A DNA stretch of 64,000 nt, from positions 270 to 64,269 of the forward strand of contig CADAVI010000002.1 of the NCBI GenBank assembly GCA_902791295.1, read 5' to 3'. Numbering within the stretch: the stretch's first letter is position 1; each line of letters begins with the position of its first letter. This DNA is from an uncultured Bacteroidales bacterium (GTDB lineage Bacteria; Bacteroidota; Bacteroidia; Bacteroidales; Bacteroidaceae). The translations under genes and the position numbers were made by a program. Below are positions 38,414 through 47,559 of the stretch, one piece after another. The notes beneath the pieces were generated by a model. That model was not told where the DNA came from, made no database searches, and saw nothing but the letters and a program-made list of their open reading frames with translations.

Positions 38414-38554
38414 GCGTTACAGCGTTACAGTGTTACAGTTCTCGAAAGGCTGTTTTCCACCCCAAGAAAACTTCTATATTTATATAAATATAGAGTATAT
38501 TTTTGACCCTTTTGATATGTTTTTGGGAACTGTAACACTGTAACACTGTAACGC
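38414..38554. repeat. 28-bp inverted repeats (3 x GTTACAGn each) flanking an 85-bp AT-rich spacer with a central perfect 20-bp palindrome
   Basis: 38414-38441 against the reverse complement of 38527-38554 gives 27/28 matches. The palindrome CTATATTTATATAAATATAG at 38474-38493 is centred exactly between the arms. Confidence 0.9.
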
Positions 38555-38576
38555 TTTTGCCCCCAAAACGTGTGTC

Positions 38577-38719
38577 TTTTCCTGAAAAAGGTTGACTCTC
38601 TTTTAGGCCTTGATAATTACCGTTTTCATATCTATACGGAAAAAGTTGACTCTCCTCTCTGAGATAAGTTGACTGTTATTCCTGAAGTCGTTGACTCTTT
38701 TCCTAAGAACGTTGACTTC
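38577..38719 (+). repeat. iteron-like direct repeats of GTTGACTCT (five copies)
   Basis: Copies start at 38591, 38645, 38668, 38690 and 38711, giving spacings of 54, 23, 22 and 21 bp. The extended unit is TTCCTGAAnnnGTTGACTCT. Confidence 0.85.
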
Positions 38720-38842
38720 GCCCCAAATTCTCCACCGTTTTGCCCCAATTTTGGCTCAAAAAAGCCTCTTTTCTCCCCCACTTTCGCTTCAAAACTCGCC
38801 AAAACCGCCCTAAAACACGGCGAAGAACACCGTTTCTGAACC

Positions 38843-38875
38843 CTCTGAGAAGCCTCAGAGAAGCCTCAGAGGAAC
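38843..38875. repeat. 11-bp tandem repeat CTCAGAGAAGC-like x3
   Basis: CTCTGAGAAGC CTCAGAGAAGC CTCAGAGGAAC. The first two units also form a 7-bp hairpin. Confidence 0.9.
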
Positions 38876-38957
38876 ACACCTCTATTTACGACGGTTGCAA
38901 TTTTTGCAACTGTCGTGTCTTGACGTAGTTCTCCGTCCAAAGCACACATAAAACTTT

Positions 38958-39009
38958 ACATCCAAACCCGCTTTTACGGCCTCTGGTCGGCCTCTGCACG
39001 GTCTCTGCG
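38958..39009. repeat. 52-nt dispersed module with three tandem 11-mers (second copy of 6011-6063)
   Basis: ACATCCAAACCCGCTTTTACGGCCTCTGGTCGGCCTCTGCACGGTCTCTGCG lies 36 nt beyond the stop of gene 39046..40575. Confidence 0.85.
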
Positions 39010-39045
39010 TGGTGTCAGATTGGGTGGTGCGAGGATAAACTCTTG

Positions 39046-40575
39046 CTACTGGCCGAAGGCCTGGCGCATCGGACTGTCTTCGGGCAGGAACTCGAAATAG
39101 TCAGGCTGACGCTCACGAATCTGCTCCCACACACGGCGGGCAGCTTCCTTCTCGCCGCGCAGCAGCAGGCAGTTGCCGCGACACTCCTGCACCGCCAAAA
39201 TGCTGCGCTCCAGGACATCGGGCGCCACCACAGGCAGCGCGTCGAGAAAAATCAGCGTGAGGTCGGCACCGATGACATCGTAGGCCGAACAGTAGAGACT
39301 GAGACGGGCACGGTTGAGAGTGCTGACCAGGCCCTCTGCCCCCGTGAGGCCTCTGAAACGCCTGATGTCGCGCTCCTCTGCCGCGAGACGCTCCTTAATC
39401 TGGCGACGCCCCTCCTCCACATCGCCCAAACGATAGAGCGCCACCGAACGAAAGCCCTCAAGGATATGAAGAAAGACATCGCAGGAGACATCGCGCTCGT
39501 GGCCGGCACGGACGTAGTCGTCGATGCACTGCAACTGACGGCTGCAAAATTCAAGGCCCGGCTTCCACAGATGATGCTTTTCTGTCAAAACATACCCCAA
39601 GGCTGAGACAATGTTGGCATAATCGCGCAGCGACACATTCTTTTCCCGGGCTTCGTCGAGGAGGGAATACATCCGGGCTATAAAATCGTCGAAGTCATTC
39701 CCCGACACGGCGGCGGCACAAGCCATTGCGGCTTCTTTGAGGCACTGGACAGCATCACGCCGGAAAGGCACGGAGGTGCCGAAGACCGTCTGCCAGATCT
39801 GGGGCAATCCGCCGCGCACCCACAGTTCTGTGGTCGTTGTGCCGCCGGGTTGTGTGAAGGTAAGAGTGTGGCTGTCGGCATCAATCCAGCGGATGTGACA
39901 GCGATGCCCTCCCTCGAAAACCACGCTGTCGCCCTCATAGCGCACGAAAGCATCGAAATTGCATTGCAGAATCACATCATTCATGCGGCGCGCCACCACA
40001 GACATGCCGGGCGCATAGATCTTCCAAAAGGGTTGCACGGAGGTGCGAAGCCCCGTGCCGTCGGGATTGGCCACCGTCTCCATGCAGGTCCACCATCCGG
40101 TAATGCGGTTGGCCTTGTGGTCAAAGCGGTCCTCCAGGATGTCGAAGAACTGCTTCATCTGCGGCTCGATGCCGCTGCGCGAATACACCTCCGTGATAAA
40201 CTCGCCCATGTGGCCCATGCCCGGCCAGCGGTCGTTGTACCACTTGAAATAAAACCGATCGGCCGCCACATTGAAGATGCGCACGCCGTGACCGTCGGCG
40301 CCCTGGGGCTGATCTCCGGTGGGTGTGAGAGGATGGTTCTCACGAATCTCTACCACAGCATTGCCCCAGCGTCCGGGCTCGCTGACACGGCTGCCGCTGA
40401 CGAGCAGACCCACAGAGTCCGCCACGTATTTATACTGGTTGAAGTTTGGCATCTGACTGCTGCCGTCGGCATAGATGAAACGCTGCAGGCGATAGAGTCC
40501 CCGCGACTGCTCTCCGGCCCAAGCGGCGGAGAGAACCGCCAACGAGCCAAGAAGGAAAAGGAGTGTTTTTCTCAT
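39046..40575 (-). CDS. secreted hypothetical protein (509 aa); possible tandem lipocalin-like domains plus a helical repeat C-terminus
   Basis: Signal peptide MRKTLLFLLGSLAVLSAAWA. The domain guess is by eye only. Confidence 0.6.
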   Translation of the reverse strand: MRKTLLFLLGSLAVLSAAWAGEQSRGLYRLQRFIYADGSSQMPNFNQYKYVADSVGLLVSGSRVSEPGRWGNAVVEIRENHPLTPTGDQPQGADGHGVRIFNVAADRFYFKWYNDRWPGMGHMGEFITEVYSRSGIEPQMKQFFDILEDRFDHKANRITGWWTCMETVANPDGTGLRTSVQPFWKIYAPGMSVVARRMNDVILQCNFDAFVRYEGDSVVFEGGHRCHIRWIDADSHTLTFTQPGGTTTTELWVRGGLPQIWQTVFGTSVPFRRDAVQCLKEAAMACAAAVSGNDFDDFIARMYSLLDEAREKNVSLRDYANIVSALGYVLTEKHHLWKPGLEFCSRQLQCIDDYVRAGHERDVSCDVFLHILEGFRSVALYRLGDVEEGRRQIKERLAAEERDIRRFRGLTGAEGLVSTLNRARLSLYCSAYDVIGADLTLIFLDALPVVAPDVLERSILAVQECRGNCLLLRGEKEAARRVWEQIRERQPDYFEFLPEDSPMRQAFGQ

Positions 40576-40620
40576 ATCAGTATGGCAAGTGTAAGGTTAA
40601 TGCAGGAAGTCTGCGAGGGC

Positions 40621-41376
40621 TCAAAAATCACGATCCTTGAGCACGGGGAACTTCTCGCGGAACTGACGCAGCTTGTCCATATCGAACTCCGTCGTCACGA
40701 CTGCTTCGCTGCCCGAAGGCGCCGCAGCGATGACGTTGCCGTAGGGATAGACCACCACGGAGCCACCGTCGTATTCGCAGACGGGGTCCTTGCCCACGCG
40801 GTTCACACCGAGCACATAGCTCTGATTCTCAACGGCACGAGCCTGCAGGAGAATGTCCCAGGCGTGCTGTCGCTTATTGGGCCAGGAGGCCGCATAGATG
40901 ATGCAGTCGTAGTCGTCAAGACAACGGGCCCACATGGGGAAACGCAGGTCGAAGCACACCTGCAGGAGAAAACGTACGCCGCGCCACTCGGCCACAACAC
41001 GCTCCGTGCCGGGCACGTAGGACAGCGTCTCGCCGCCGTATTCAAAGAGGTGGTGTTTGTCGTAGAAGGCGACGCCACCCTGCCCCTGCGGGCGCACGAA
41101 ATAAAGACGGTTGCGCCAACGGCCGCGCTCCTTCACGGCCACGCTGCCGCAAACGGCGGCATCGCGCTCATCGGCCATCGCCTGCATCCAGGCGAGCGTC
41201 TCCCGGCTCCACGAAGGCGAAAGACAATCGTCAGGCTCGACCACAAAACCCGTGTCGAACATCTCGGGCAGCACATAGAGGTCGGCCTCGGTGCTACGGA
41301 TAAACGTCTCATAACGGGCTCGGTTGTCAGCCGGTTCGCCCCAAAGGATATCGCTTTGAATGAGTGCTACTTTCAC
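40621..41376 (-). CDS. carbon-nitrogen hydrolase (nitrilase superfamily, omega-amidase YafV-like)
   Basis: E-K-C triad context: VLPEMF, DKHHLF, QVCFDLRFP. 251 aa. Confidence 0.85.
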   Translation of the reverse strand: MKVALIQSDILWGEPADNRARYETFIRSTEADLYVLPEMFDTGFVVEPDDCLSPSWSRETLAWMQAMADERDAAVCGSVAVKERGRWRNRLYFVRPQGQGGVAFYDKHHLFEYGGETLSYVPGTERVVAEWRGVRFLLQVCFDLRFPMWARCLDDYDCIIYAASWPNKRQHAWDILLQARAVENQSYVLGVNRVGKDPVCEYDGGSVVVYPYGNVIAAAPSGSEAVVTTEFDMDKLRQFREKFPVLKDRDF

Positions 41377-41399
41377 GGCGCAAAGATTAAAGTTGAAGG

Positions 41400-41436
41400 A
41401 AAAAAGGAGCGCCGGTCAACAGCCGGCCGGCGCTCC
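41400..41436 (-). terminator. rho-independent terminator of the ilv operon
   Basis: Minus strand reads GGAGCGCCGG-11 nt-CCGGCGCTCC followed by TTTTTT, 19 nt after the ilvC stop. Confidence 0.8.
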
Positions 41437-41454
41437 CTGAAGAATTTGTAAGAA

Positions 41455-42498
41455 TCAGTTGTTCTCGGGACGAAGCTTGCGAACCACCTCGGCGGTGCGC
41501 CACATCTCGCTATCGTGCAATGCCTTGAGCTCCTTCTCCAGACCCACGCGATAGTCGGGCTTGGAGTTGGCATCGATGGAGATCTGAGCCTCGTTGCCGC
41601 TCTTCACGCTGGCGTAGAGCTTCTCCATCACGGGCTTGATGGCATCGTGGAAGGGGCCCATCCAATCGAGGGCGCCACGCTGGGCGGTGGTGGAACAGTT
41701 GGCATACATCCAGTCCATACCCTTCTGGGCGAAGAGAGGCATCAGGCTCTGAGTGAGCTCCTCAACGGTCTCGTTGAAGGCCTCGGAGGGCGTGTGGCCG
41801 TTCTCGCGCAGCACTTCGTACTGAGCCAGCAGCAGACCCTGAATGGCACCCATCAGAGAACCGCGCTCGCCGGTGAGGTCGGAAGTGGCCTCGCGCTGGA
41901 AAGTGGTCTCGAAGAGATAACCGCTGCCGATGCCGATGCCCAGAGCCAGAGTGCGCTCAAGAGCACGACCCGTGTAGTCCTGATAAACGGCATAAGAGCT
42001 GTTCAGACCGCGACCCTCGAGGAACATGGTACGCAGAGAGGTGCCGCTGCCCTTGGGAGCCACCATGATGACGTCGATGTCCTTCTGGGGCACACAGCCG
42101 GTGCGGTCGTTCCAGGTGATAGCGAAACCGTGAGAGAAATAGAGGGCGTTGCCGGGCTGCAGGCACTTCTGCAGAGTGGGCCATACGCTCATCACGGCAG
42201 CGTCGGAGAGCAGACACATCACGATGGTGCCCTTAGTGGCAGCCTCCTCAATGGAGAAGAGCGTCTCGCCGGGCTTCCAGCCGTCGGCCACAGCCTTCTC
42301 GTAGGTCTTGCCCTGACGCTGGCCGACAATCACGTTGAAACCGTTGTCGCGCAGGTTGCAGGCCTGACCGGGACCCTGCACGCCGTAACCAATCACGGCG
42401 ATGGTCTCATCCTTCAACACCTCACGGGCCTTCTCAAGAGGAAACTCCTCGCGGGTCATCACTTCTTCGATAACGCCGCCAAAATTCATTTTTGCCAT
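41455..42498 (-). CDS. ilvC: ketol-acid reductoisomerase
   Basis: IGYGVQGPGQACNLRDNG NADP-binding motif. 347 aa, class I KARI. Confidence 0.95.
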   Translation of the reverse strand: MAKMNFGGVIEEVMTREEFPLEKAREVLKDETIAVIGYGVQGPGQACNLRDNGFNVIVGQRQGKTYEKAVADGWKPGETLFSIEEAATKGTIVMCLLSDAAVMSVWPTLQKCLQPGNALYFSHGFAITWNDRTGCVPQKDIDVIMVAPKGSGTSLRTMFLEGRGLNSSYAVYQDYTGRALERTLALGIGIGSGYLFETTFQREATSDLTGERGSLMGAIQGLLLAQYEVLRENGHTPSEAFNETVEELTQSLMPLFAQKGMDWMYANCSTTAQRGALDWMGPFHDAIKPVMEKLYASVKSGNEAQISIDANSKPDYRVGLEKELKALHDSEMWRTAEVVRKLRPENN

Positions 42499-42561
42499 TT
42501 TCTTTAGATTTTAATGGTTAAAATTAGAGTTGTTCTTTCTTATATATTATTTAATATATTT

Positions 42562-43308
42562 TCATTCGTTGAATATCACGCGAGCCTGACACACGGTGTC
42601 TTCTCCGTTGCGTTTCACTTCCACGTCGGTCTCGCCGCCCTCACCCCGCTGCACGAAGAACGAGAGTGTATCACCCATGCGCGACTCGGCCTTGTAGGCA
42701 ATCTCCAAGCGGTGCAAACCGCGCTCCAGCTCTTCGCAGGAGAAGAGGTCGAGGATGTGCTCCATATACTTAATGGAGTTGACGTGGCGGTTGATGTCGA
42801 TGTCGCTGTAGCGCACATCGATGGTGCGCACCAGTTCGGGGTCCCTGAAGCGGAAGCGTCCGTGACCCTCGATGGGACACACATTTTCCTCCTCAGAAAC
42901 AACATAGTTGAGGATGTCGCCGTTGTAGAGCGAGAGCAGGTCGCAGGGACGCCGCGTCTCTATGTCAATCATAGCCCACACGCTGCGGGCATAGCCCAAA
43001 GGCGTGCCATCGGCGCGGTGGATGGAGAAATTGCGGTTGGTGAACAGCTTCATGACGCTCTCCACCCACGTGCGTATCTCGATGTGTTCGTTCTGACGGG
43101 GCATCTCGGTCATCTCCACGGAGAGACGCGAGAGCACCCACGTGTGGCGCGTCTCGTTGAGCGCTCCTATCCCCCACCCGCGACGGGAGGAGTGGTTGCC
43201 GGCAGCGTTGAGCAGATGGTTGCCCAACACGCCCATGAAGATGCGACCCGTGAAGTCCACGTGGAACGGCTCAACGAACACCTTATGACTGTCTATCTTC
43301 TCCATCAT
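42562..43308 (-). CDS. acyl-ACP thioesterase
   Basis: 248 aa with a double hot-dog pattern. It sits between ilvN and ilvC, as in Bacteroides ilv operons. Confidence 0.75.
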   Translation of the reverse strand: MMEKIDSHKVFVEPFHVDFTGRIFMGVLGNHLLNAAGNHSSRRGWGIGALNETRHTWVLSRLSVEMTEMPRQNEHIEIRTWVESVMKLFTNRNFSIHRADGTPLGYARSVWAMIDIETRRPCDLLSLYNGDILNYVVSEEENVCPIEGHGRFRFRDPELVRTIDVRYSDIDINRHVNSIKYMEHILDLFSCEELERGLHRLEIAYKAESRMGDTLSFFVQRGEGGETDVEVKRNGEDTVCQARVIFNE

Positions 43309-43318
43309 GCGCTTTGTC

Positions 43319-43864
43319 TCAGGAGTTTTTCTGCGTGCGGGACTCCAGATAGCGGTCGAGATGCTCGATACAGTCGCGCGTCACAGCGATGCGGCCGGAG
43401 CGCACGAACTGGCGCACGATGCCCAAAGCGTTCAGTTCCGAAAAGAGTGCGATGATATCGTCCGTGAGTCCCTTCTTCTCGATGATGCTGAAGGTGGGGT
43501 TCACCTCGACGATGCGGGCGCCCCGATGACGCACCGCCTTGCTGGCGGCGGGATTCTGCAGAAGGCCGTCGGTGCTGACCTTCAGCAGACAGGCCTCCAT
43601 GATGAAGATTTCGTCATCGGTGAAATAGTTAGCCTGAAGCACGTCGATTTTCTTCTCAATCTGCTTGCAGAGCGTCTGGACCATCTCTTCGCTGCAGTTG
43701 CAGGTGATGGTGTATTTGTGGACGCCGGGCGTGGATGAGGCGCACACATTGAGGCTTTCGATGTTCACCTGACGGCGCGTGAACACCGCGGTAATCTGAT
43801 TCAGTATTCCGGCGAAGTTCTCGGAATAGATAATCATTGTATAGAGTTTCGTTTCCATCAGCAT
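43319..43864 (-). CDS. ilvN: acetolactate synthase small (regulatory) subunit
   Basis: ACT-domain N-terminus YTMIIYSENFAGILNQITAVFTRRQVNIESLNV. 181 aa. Confidence 0.85.
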   Translation of the reverse strand: MLMETKLYTMIIYSENFAGILNQITAVFTRRQVNIESLNVCASSTPGVHKYTITCNCSEEMVQTLCKQIEKKIDVLQANYFTDDEIFIMEACLLKVSTDGLLQNPAASKAVRHRGARIVEVNPTFSIIEKKGLTDDIIALFSELNALGIVRQFVRSGRIAVTRDCIEHLDRYLESRTQKNS

Positions 43865-45600
43865 TCTACGTTAAGTTGCATTTCGTCCACAGCATGTCCG
43901 GGAGCCGTCATGGGCTCCACGTTGGCGTCGGGTTTGATGAGCACCTCGAGGAAGAAGGCGCCGGGGGCGTTGAGCATCTCCCTGATGGCGTCCTGCAGAT
44001 CGGCACGCTCGGAAATCAAGCGGTGGGGAATGCCGTAGGCCTCAGCCACCTTGCCGAAATCCGGGTTGCACATCGGGGTAAACGAACGTCTGTGGCCAAA
44101 GAACATATCCTGCCACTGGCGCACGTTGCCCAGATAGTTGTTGTTGAGGAGAATCATCTTGACGGGAATCTGATATTCCATGATAGTGCCAAACTCCTGA
44201 ATCATCATCTGCAGGCCGCCGTCGCCCATGAAGCAGCACACCGTGCGGTCGGGAGCGCCGAAAGTGGCGCCCATGGCTGCAGGCAGTCCGTAGCCCATGG
44301 TGCCCATACCGCCGGAAGTGGCAATAGAACGCGGCTTGTGGTATTTGAAATAGCGGACGGACATCAGCTGGTTCTGGCCCACGTCGGTGACGAGAATCGA
44401 CTCCGAATTGGTGGCCTTGGCCACAGCATGTGCAACCTCGCCCATGAGCAGCGGGCCGGAGGTGGGCTTCGTGGCCGGCGTGATAACCTTTTCTATCTCC
44501 TGCTGGCGCAGGGGCTGGAACGACTCCTTCCAGTCGGAGTGGTCGGCCTTGTTGATGAGCTTCGTGATAGCTGGCAAAGTTTCCTTGCAGTCGCCGATGA
44601 CGGCTACGGCAGTCTTCACGTTCTTGTCGATCTCGGAGGGGTCGATGTCGAGGTGAATCACCTTAGCCTGCCTGGCATAGCGCTTGAGGTCGCCCGTGAC
44701 GCGGTCGGAGAAGCGCATGCCGATGGCGATGAGTACATCGGCCTCCTGCTCCTTGATATTGACGCTATAGCTGCCGTGCATGCCGAGCATGCCCATGTTG
44801 AGCTTGTGGTTGGAGGGCAGAGCTGAGAGGCCCAGCATCGTGCGACCGGCGGGGATGTCGGCCTTCTCAAGGAAAGCCTTCAACTCCTCCTGGGCATTGC
44901 CCAACTCGACGCCCTGTCCCACGAGGGCCATCGGCTTCTTCGCGTTGTTGATGAGTTCGGCAGCAGCACGGACGGCCTCCTCCTGAGGTTCGGGGAATGG
45001 CACATAAGAGCGGATGAAATCTACCTTGGCGGGCTTGTATTCCACGAGTTCCGTCTGCGCATTTTTCGTAAAGTCGAGCACCACAGGACCGGGACGGCCC
45101 GAACTGGCAATATAGAAGGCACGGCTCACAGCCCAAGCCACATCCTCGGCACGGCGAATCTGATAGGTCCACTTGGTGATGGGTTGCGCCACACTCACGA
45201 GATCCACCTCCTGGAAGGCATCGCTGCCAAGTACGGAGGTTCCCACCTGTCCGGCAATCACCACAATAGGCGTCGAATCCATCATAGCGTCGGCCACACC
45301 GGTCAGCGTGTTGGTCACACCGGGGCCGGAGGTCACCAGCGTCACACCCACTTTGCCGCTCACTCGGGCAAAACCCTCTGCAGCGTGTGTGGCGGCCTGC
45401 TCGTGGCGCACCAGGATATGTTCAAAACATTTCTTCTCCCCCCTTGTGTAGTCGTACAAAGCATCATAAGTGGGCATGATGCTTCCACCGGGATAACCGA
45501 AGATGGTGGTTACACCCTCTGCCTTCAGCGAAAGCATCAGTGCCTCTGCACCTGTTATCTTTTCTGCCATTATATTTTGTCTGTTTCTTTTTCTGTTCAA
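43858..45600 (-). CDS. ilvB: acetolactate synthase large subunit
   Basis: [23 protein letters not shown], the ThDP motif [11 protein letters not shown]....NN, and ATGA coupling to ilvD. Confidence 0.92.
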   Translation of the reverse strand: MNRKRNRQNIMAEKITGAEALMLSLKAEGVTTIFGYPGGSIMPTYDALYDYTRGEKKCFEHILVRHEQAATHAAEGFARVSGKVGVTLVTSGPGVTNTLTGVADAMMDSTPIVVIAGQVGTSVLGSDAFQEVDLVSVAQPITKWTYQIRRAEDVAWAVSRAFYIASSGRPGPVVLDFTKNAQTELVEYKPAKVDFIRSYVPFPEPQEEAVRAAAELINNAKKPMALVGQGVELGNAQEELKAFLEKADIPAGRTMLGLSALPSNHKLNMGMLGMHGSYSVNIKEQEADVLIAIGMRFSDRVTGDLKRYARQAKVIHLDIDPSEIDKNVKTAVAVIGDCKETLPAITKLINKADHSDWKESFQPLRQQEIEKVITPATKPTSGPLLMGEVAHAVAKATNSESILVTDVGQNQLMSVRYFKYHKPRSIATSGGMGTMGYGLPAAMGATFGAPDRTVCCFMGDGGLQMMIQEFGTIMEYQIPVKMILLNNNYLGNVRQWQDMFFGHRRSFTPMCNPDFGKVAEAYGIPHRLISERADLQDAIREMLNAPGAFFLEVLIKPDANVEPMTAPGHAVDEMQLNVEC

Positions 45601-47399
45601 TCGATAATACGCACGCCGCCCTTGTCGGCAGAAGAAACGCTCTGCGCGTAAGCACGAAGCGCTTTGGAAACCACACGCTTGCGCTTGAGCGGTTGCTGAG
45701 GACGTGCGGCAAGTTCCTCGTCGCTGAGCTTCACGTTGATGCTGCGCGAAGGAATATCGATGACGATGATGTCGCCGTCCTTAATCTTACCGATGTTGCC
45801 GCCACTGGCCGCCTCGGGCGAAATGTGGCCGATGGAGAGGCCGCTGGTACCGCCGGAAAAGCGTCCATCGGTAATGAGCGCACACTCCTTGCCCATGTGC
45901 ATGGACTTGATGTAACTTGTGGGATAGAGCATCTCCTGCATGCCGGGACCGCCCTTGGGACCCTCGTGGGTAATCACCACGCAATCGCCCTTCTTCACCT
46001 TGCCGCCCAGAATACCCTCACAGGCATCCTCCTGGGAGTCAAATACCACAGCGGGGCCTTCAAAATGCCACAGCTCGGGCGCCACGCCTGCCGTCTTCAC
46101 CACGCAACCGTCCTGTGCGATGTTGCCGAACAGCACAGCCATGCCGCCGTCTTTGGTGTAGGCGTGTTCGATGTCACGGATGCAACCGTTGACACGGTCC
46201 GTGTCGAGCGTCTCCCAACGGGCATCCTGAGAACCCATCTTCGTGGAGAACTTGCCGCCGGGGGCACTGCGGTAGATACGCTCCGCCTCGGGATCGATGC
46301 TCTCGCCCGTGATGCTGTATTTGCGGATATCCTCACCCAAAGTGGCTCCGTTGACGCGCTTGCAATCCAGTTTGAGCAGACCACCCTTGGCCAACTCTCC
46401 GAGAATGCCGAGAATGCCGCCGGCACGGTTTTCTTCCTGCACGGAGTATTTCTGCCAGTTGGGGGCCAACTTGCAGAGGAAAGGCACCTTGCGCGAAAGG
46501 CGGTCGATGTCCTGCATCCTGAAATCCACCTCGGCTTCCTGAGCCACAGCAAGAAGATGCAGCACGGTGTTGGTAGAGGCACCCATAGCGATGTCGAGCG
46601 TCATGGCGTTGAGGAAAGCGTCGCGGGTGGCGATGCTGCGGGGCAGCACGCTGTCGTCGCCATCTTCATAATATTTCAGCGCGTTTTTCACAATCAGACG
46701 GGCGGCGTCCTTAAAGAGCTGCACACGATTGACGTGTGTGGCCAGAATGCTGCCGTTGCCAGGCAGAGAGAGACCGATGGCCTCTGTCAGCGAGTTCATC
46801 GAGTTGGCCGTGAACATACCCGAGCAGGCACCGCATCCGGGGCAGGCACACTGCTCCACTTCTGCCAACTCCTCATCGCTCACGGTGCTGTCGCCGCCCT
46901 TAATCATCGCTGTGATAAGATCGGCGTTCTCACCCTTATACTTGCCGGCCTCCATCGGACCGCCGCTGACAAACACGGCGGGGATGTTGAGCCTCATGGC
47001 TGCCATCAACATACCGGGCGTCACCTTGTCGCAATTGGAGATGCAAATCATGGCGTCTGCCTTATGGGCGTTGACCATATACTCCACGGAGTCGGCAATC
47101 ACGTCGCGAGAAGGCAACGAATAGAGCATACCGTCGTGACCCATAGCAATACCGTCGTCCACAGCGATGGTATTGAATTCGGCTGCATAGCATCCAAGCT
47201 TCTCAATCTCAGCCTTAACAATCTGGCCAATCTCGTGAAGATGGGTGTGCCCGGGCACGAACTGCGTAAAAGAATTGACTATGGCAATGATGGGCTTACC
47301 GAACTGCTCCCTCTTCATGCCGGTAGCCACCCAAAGGGCACGGGCTCCCGCCATACGACGTCCTTCGGTGCAAACGGCACTCCTAAGCTGATTTTTCAT
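45597..47399 (-). CDS. ilvD: dihydroxy-acid dehydratase
   Basis: [12 protein letters not shown] and [16 protein letters not shown] motifs. 600 aa. Confidence 0.95.
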   Translation of the reverse strand: MKNQLRSAVCTEGRRMAGARALWVATGMKREQFGKPIIAIVNSFTQFVPGHTHLHEIGQIVKAEIEKLGCYAAEFNTIAVDDGIAMGHDGMLYSLPSRDVIADSVEYMVNAHKADAMICISNCDKVTPGMLMAAMRLNIPAVFVSGGPMEAGKYKGENADLITAMIKGGDSTVSDEELAEVEQCACPGCGACSGMFTANSMNSLTEAIGLSLPGNGSILATHVNRVQLFKDAARLIVKNALKYYEDGDDSVLPRSIATRDAFLNAMTLDIAMGASTNTVLHLLAVAQEAEVDFRMQDIDRLSRKVPFLCKLAPNWQKYSVQEENRAGGILGILGELAKGGLLKLDCKRVNGATLGEDIRKYSITGESIDPEAERIYRSAPGGKFSTKMGSQDARWETLDTDRVNGCIRDIEHAYTKDGGMAVLFGNIAQDGCVVKTAGVAPELWHFEGPAVVFDSQEDACEGILGGKVKKGDCVVITHEGPKGGPGMQEMLYPTSYIKSMHMGKECALITDGRFSGGTSGLSIGHISPEAASGGNIGKIKDGDIIVIDIPSRSINVKLSDEELAARPQQPLKRKRVVSKALRAYAQSVSSADKGGVRIID

Positions 47400-47443
47400 T
47401 ATTGTGCGTATTATTTATCTACTTCAATACATAATATCGGGCG

Positions 47444-47451
47444 CAAAGATA
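47444..47451 (-). promoter_or_regulatory. -7 box TATCTTTG
   Basis: Plus-strand CAAAGATA, 45 nt upstream of the ilvD ATG. Confidence 0.4.
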
Positions 47452-47514
47452 ATTCTTTTTTTTCAAACAATCCACAAAATTACGCCTTTTGTTTGTCTTT
47501 TCCCCGATTTTTCG

Positions 47515-47522
47515 TATCTTTG
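47515..47522 (+). promoter_or_regulatory. -7 box TATCTTTG
   Basis: Lies 38 nt upstream of the ADH ATG at 47560. Confidence 0.4.
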
Positions 47523-47559
47523 TCGGGAGAAAACGATTAATCTTTAAACCATATCCATC

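Larger units (their letters stand above)
38119..39045. other. 927-bp non-coding region rich in structured repeats
   Basis: The only ORF of 60 or more codons is low-complexity (38740..38928). GC drops to 23% in line 38461-38520. Confidence 0.8.

Noticed and set aside
38740-38928. 62-aa ORF inside the 38-39 kb non-coding region
   Set aside because: The product is basic and low-complexity (RFKTRQNRPKTRRRTPF..). It spans an 11-bp tandem repeat and has no promoter box or coupling to neighbours.
38119-39045. Chromosomal replication origin (oriC) hypothesis for the repeat-rich gap
   Set aside because: On reading both strands I found no TTATCCACA/TGTGGATAA DnaA box, only 2-3-mismatch look-alikes such as TTTTCCACC. 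No dnaA, dnaN or other origin-linked genes are nearby. I kept it as iteron-like of unknown function instead.
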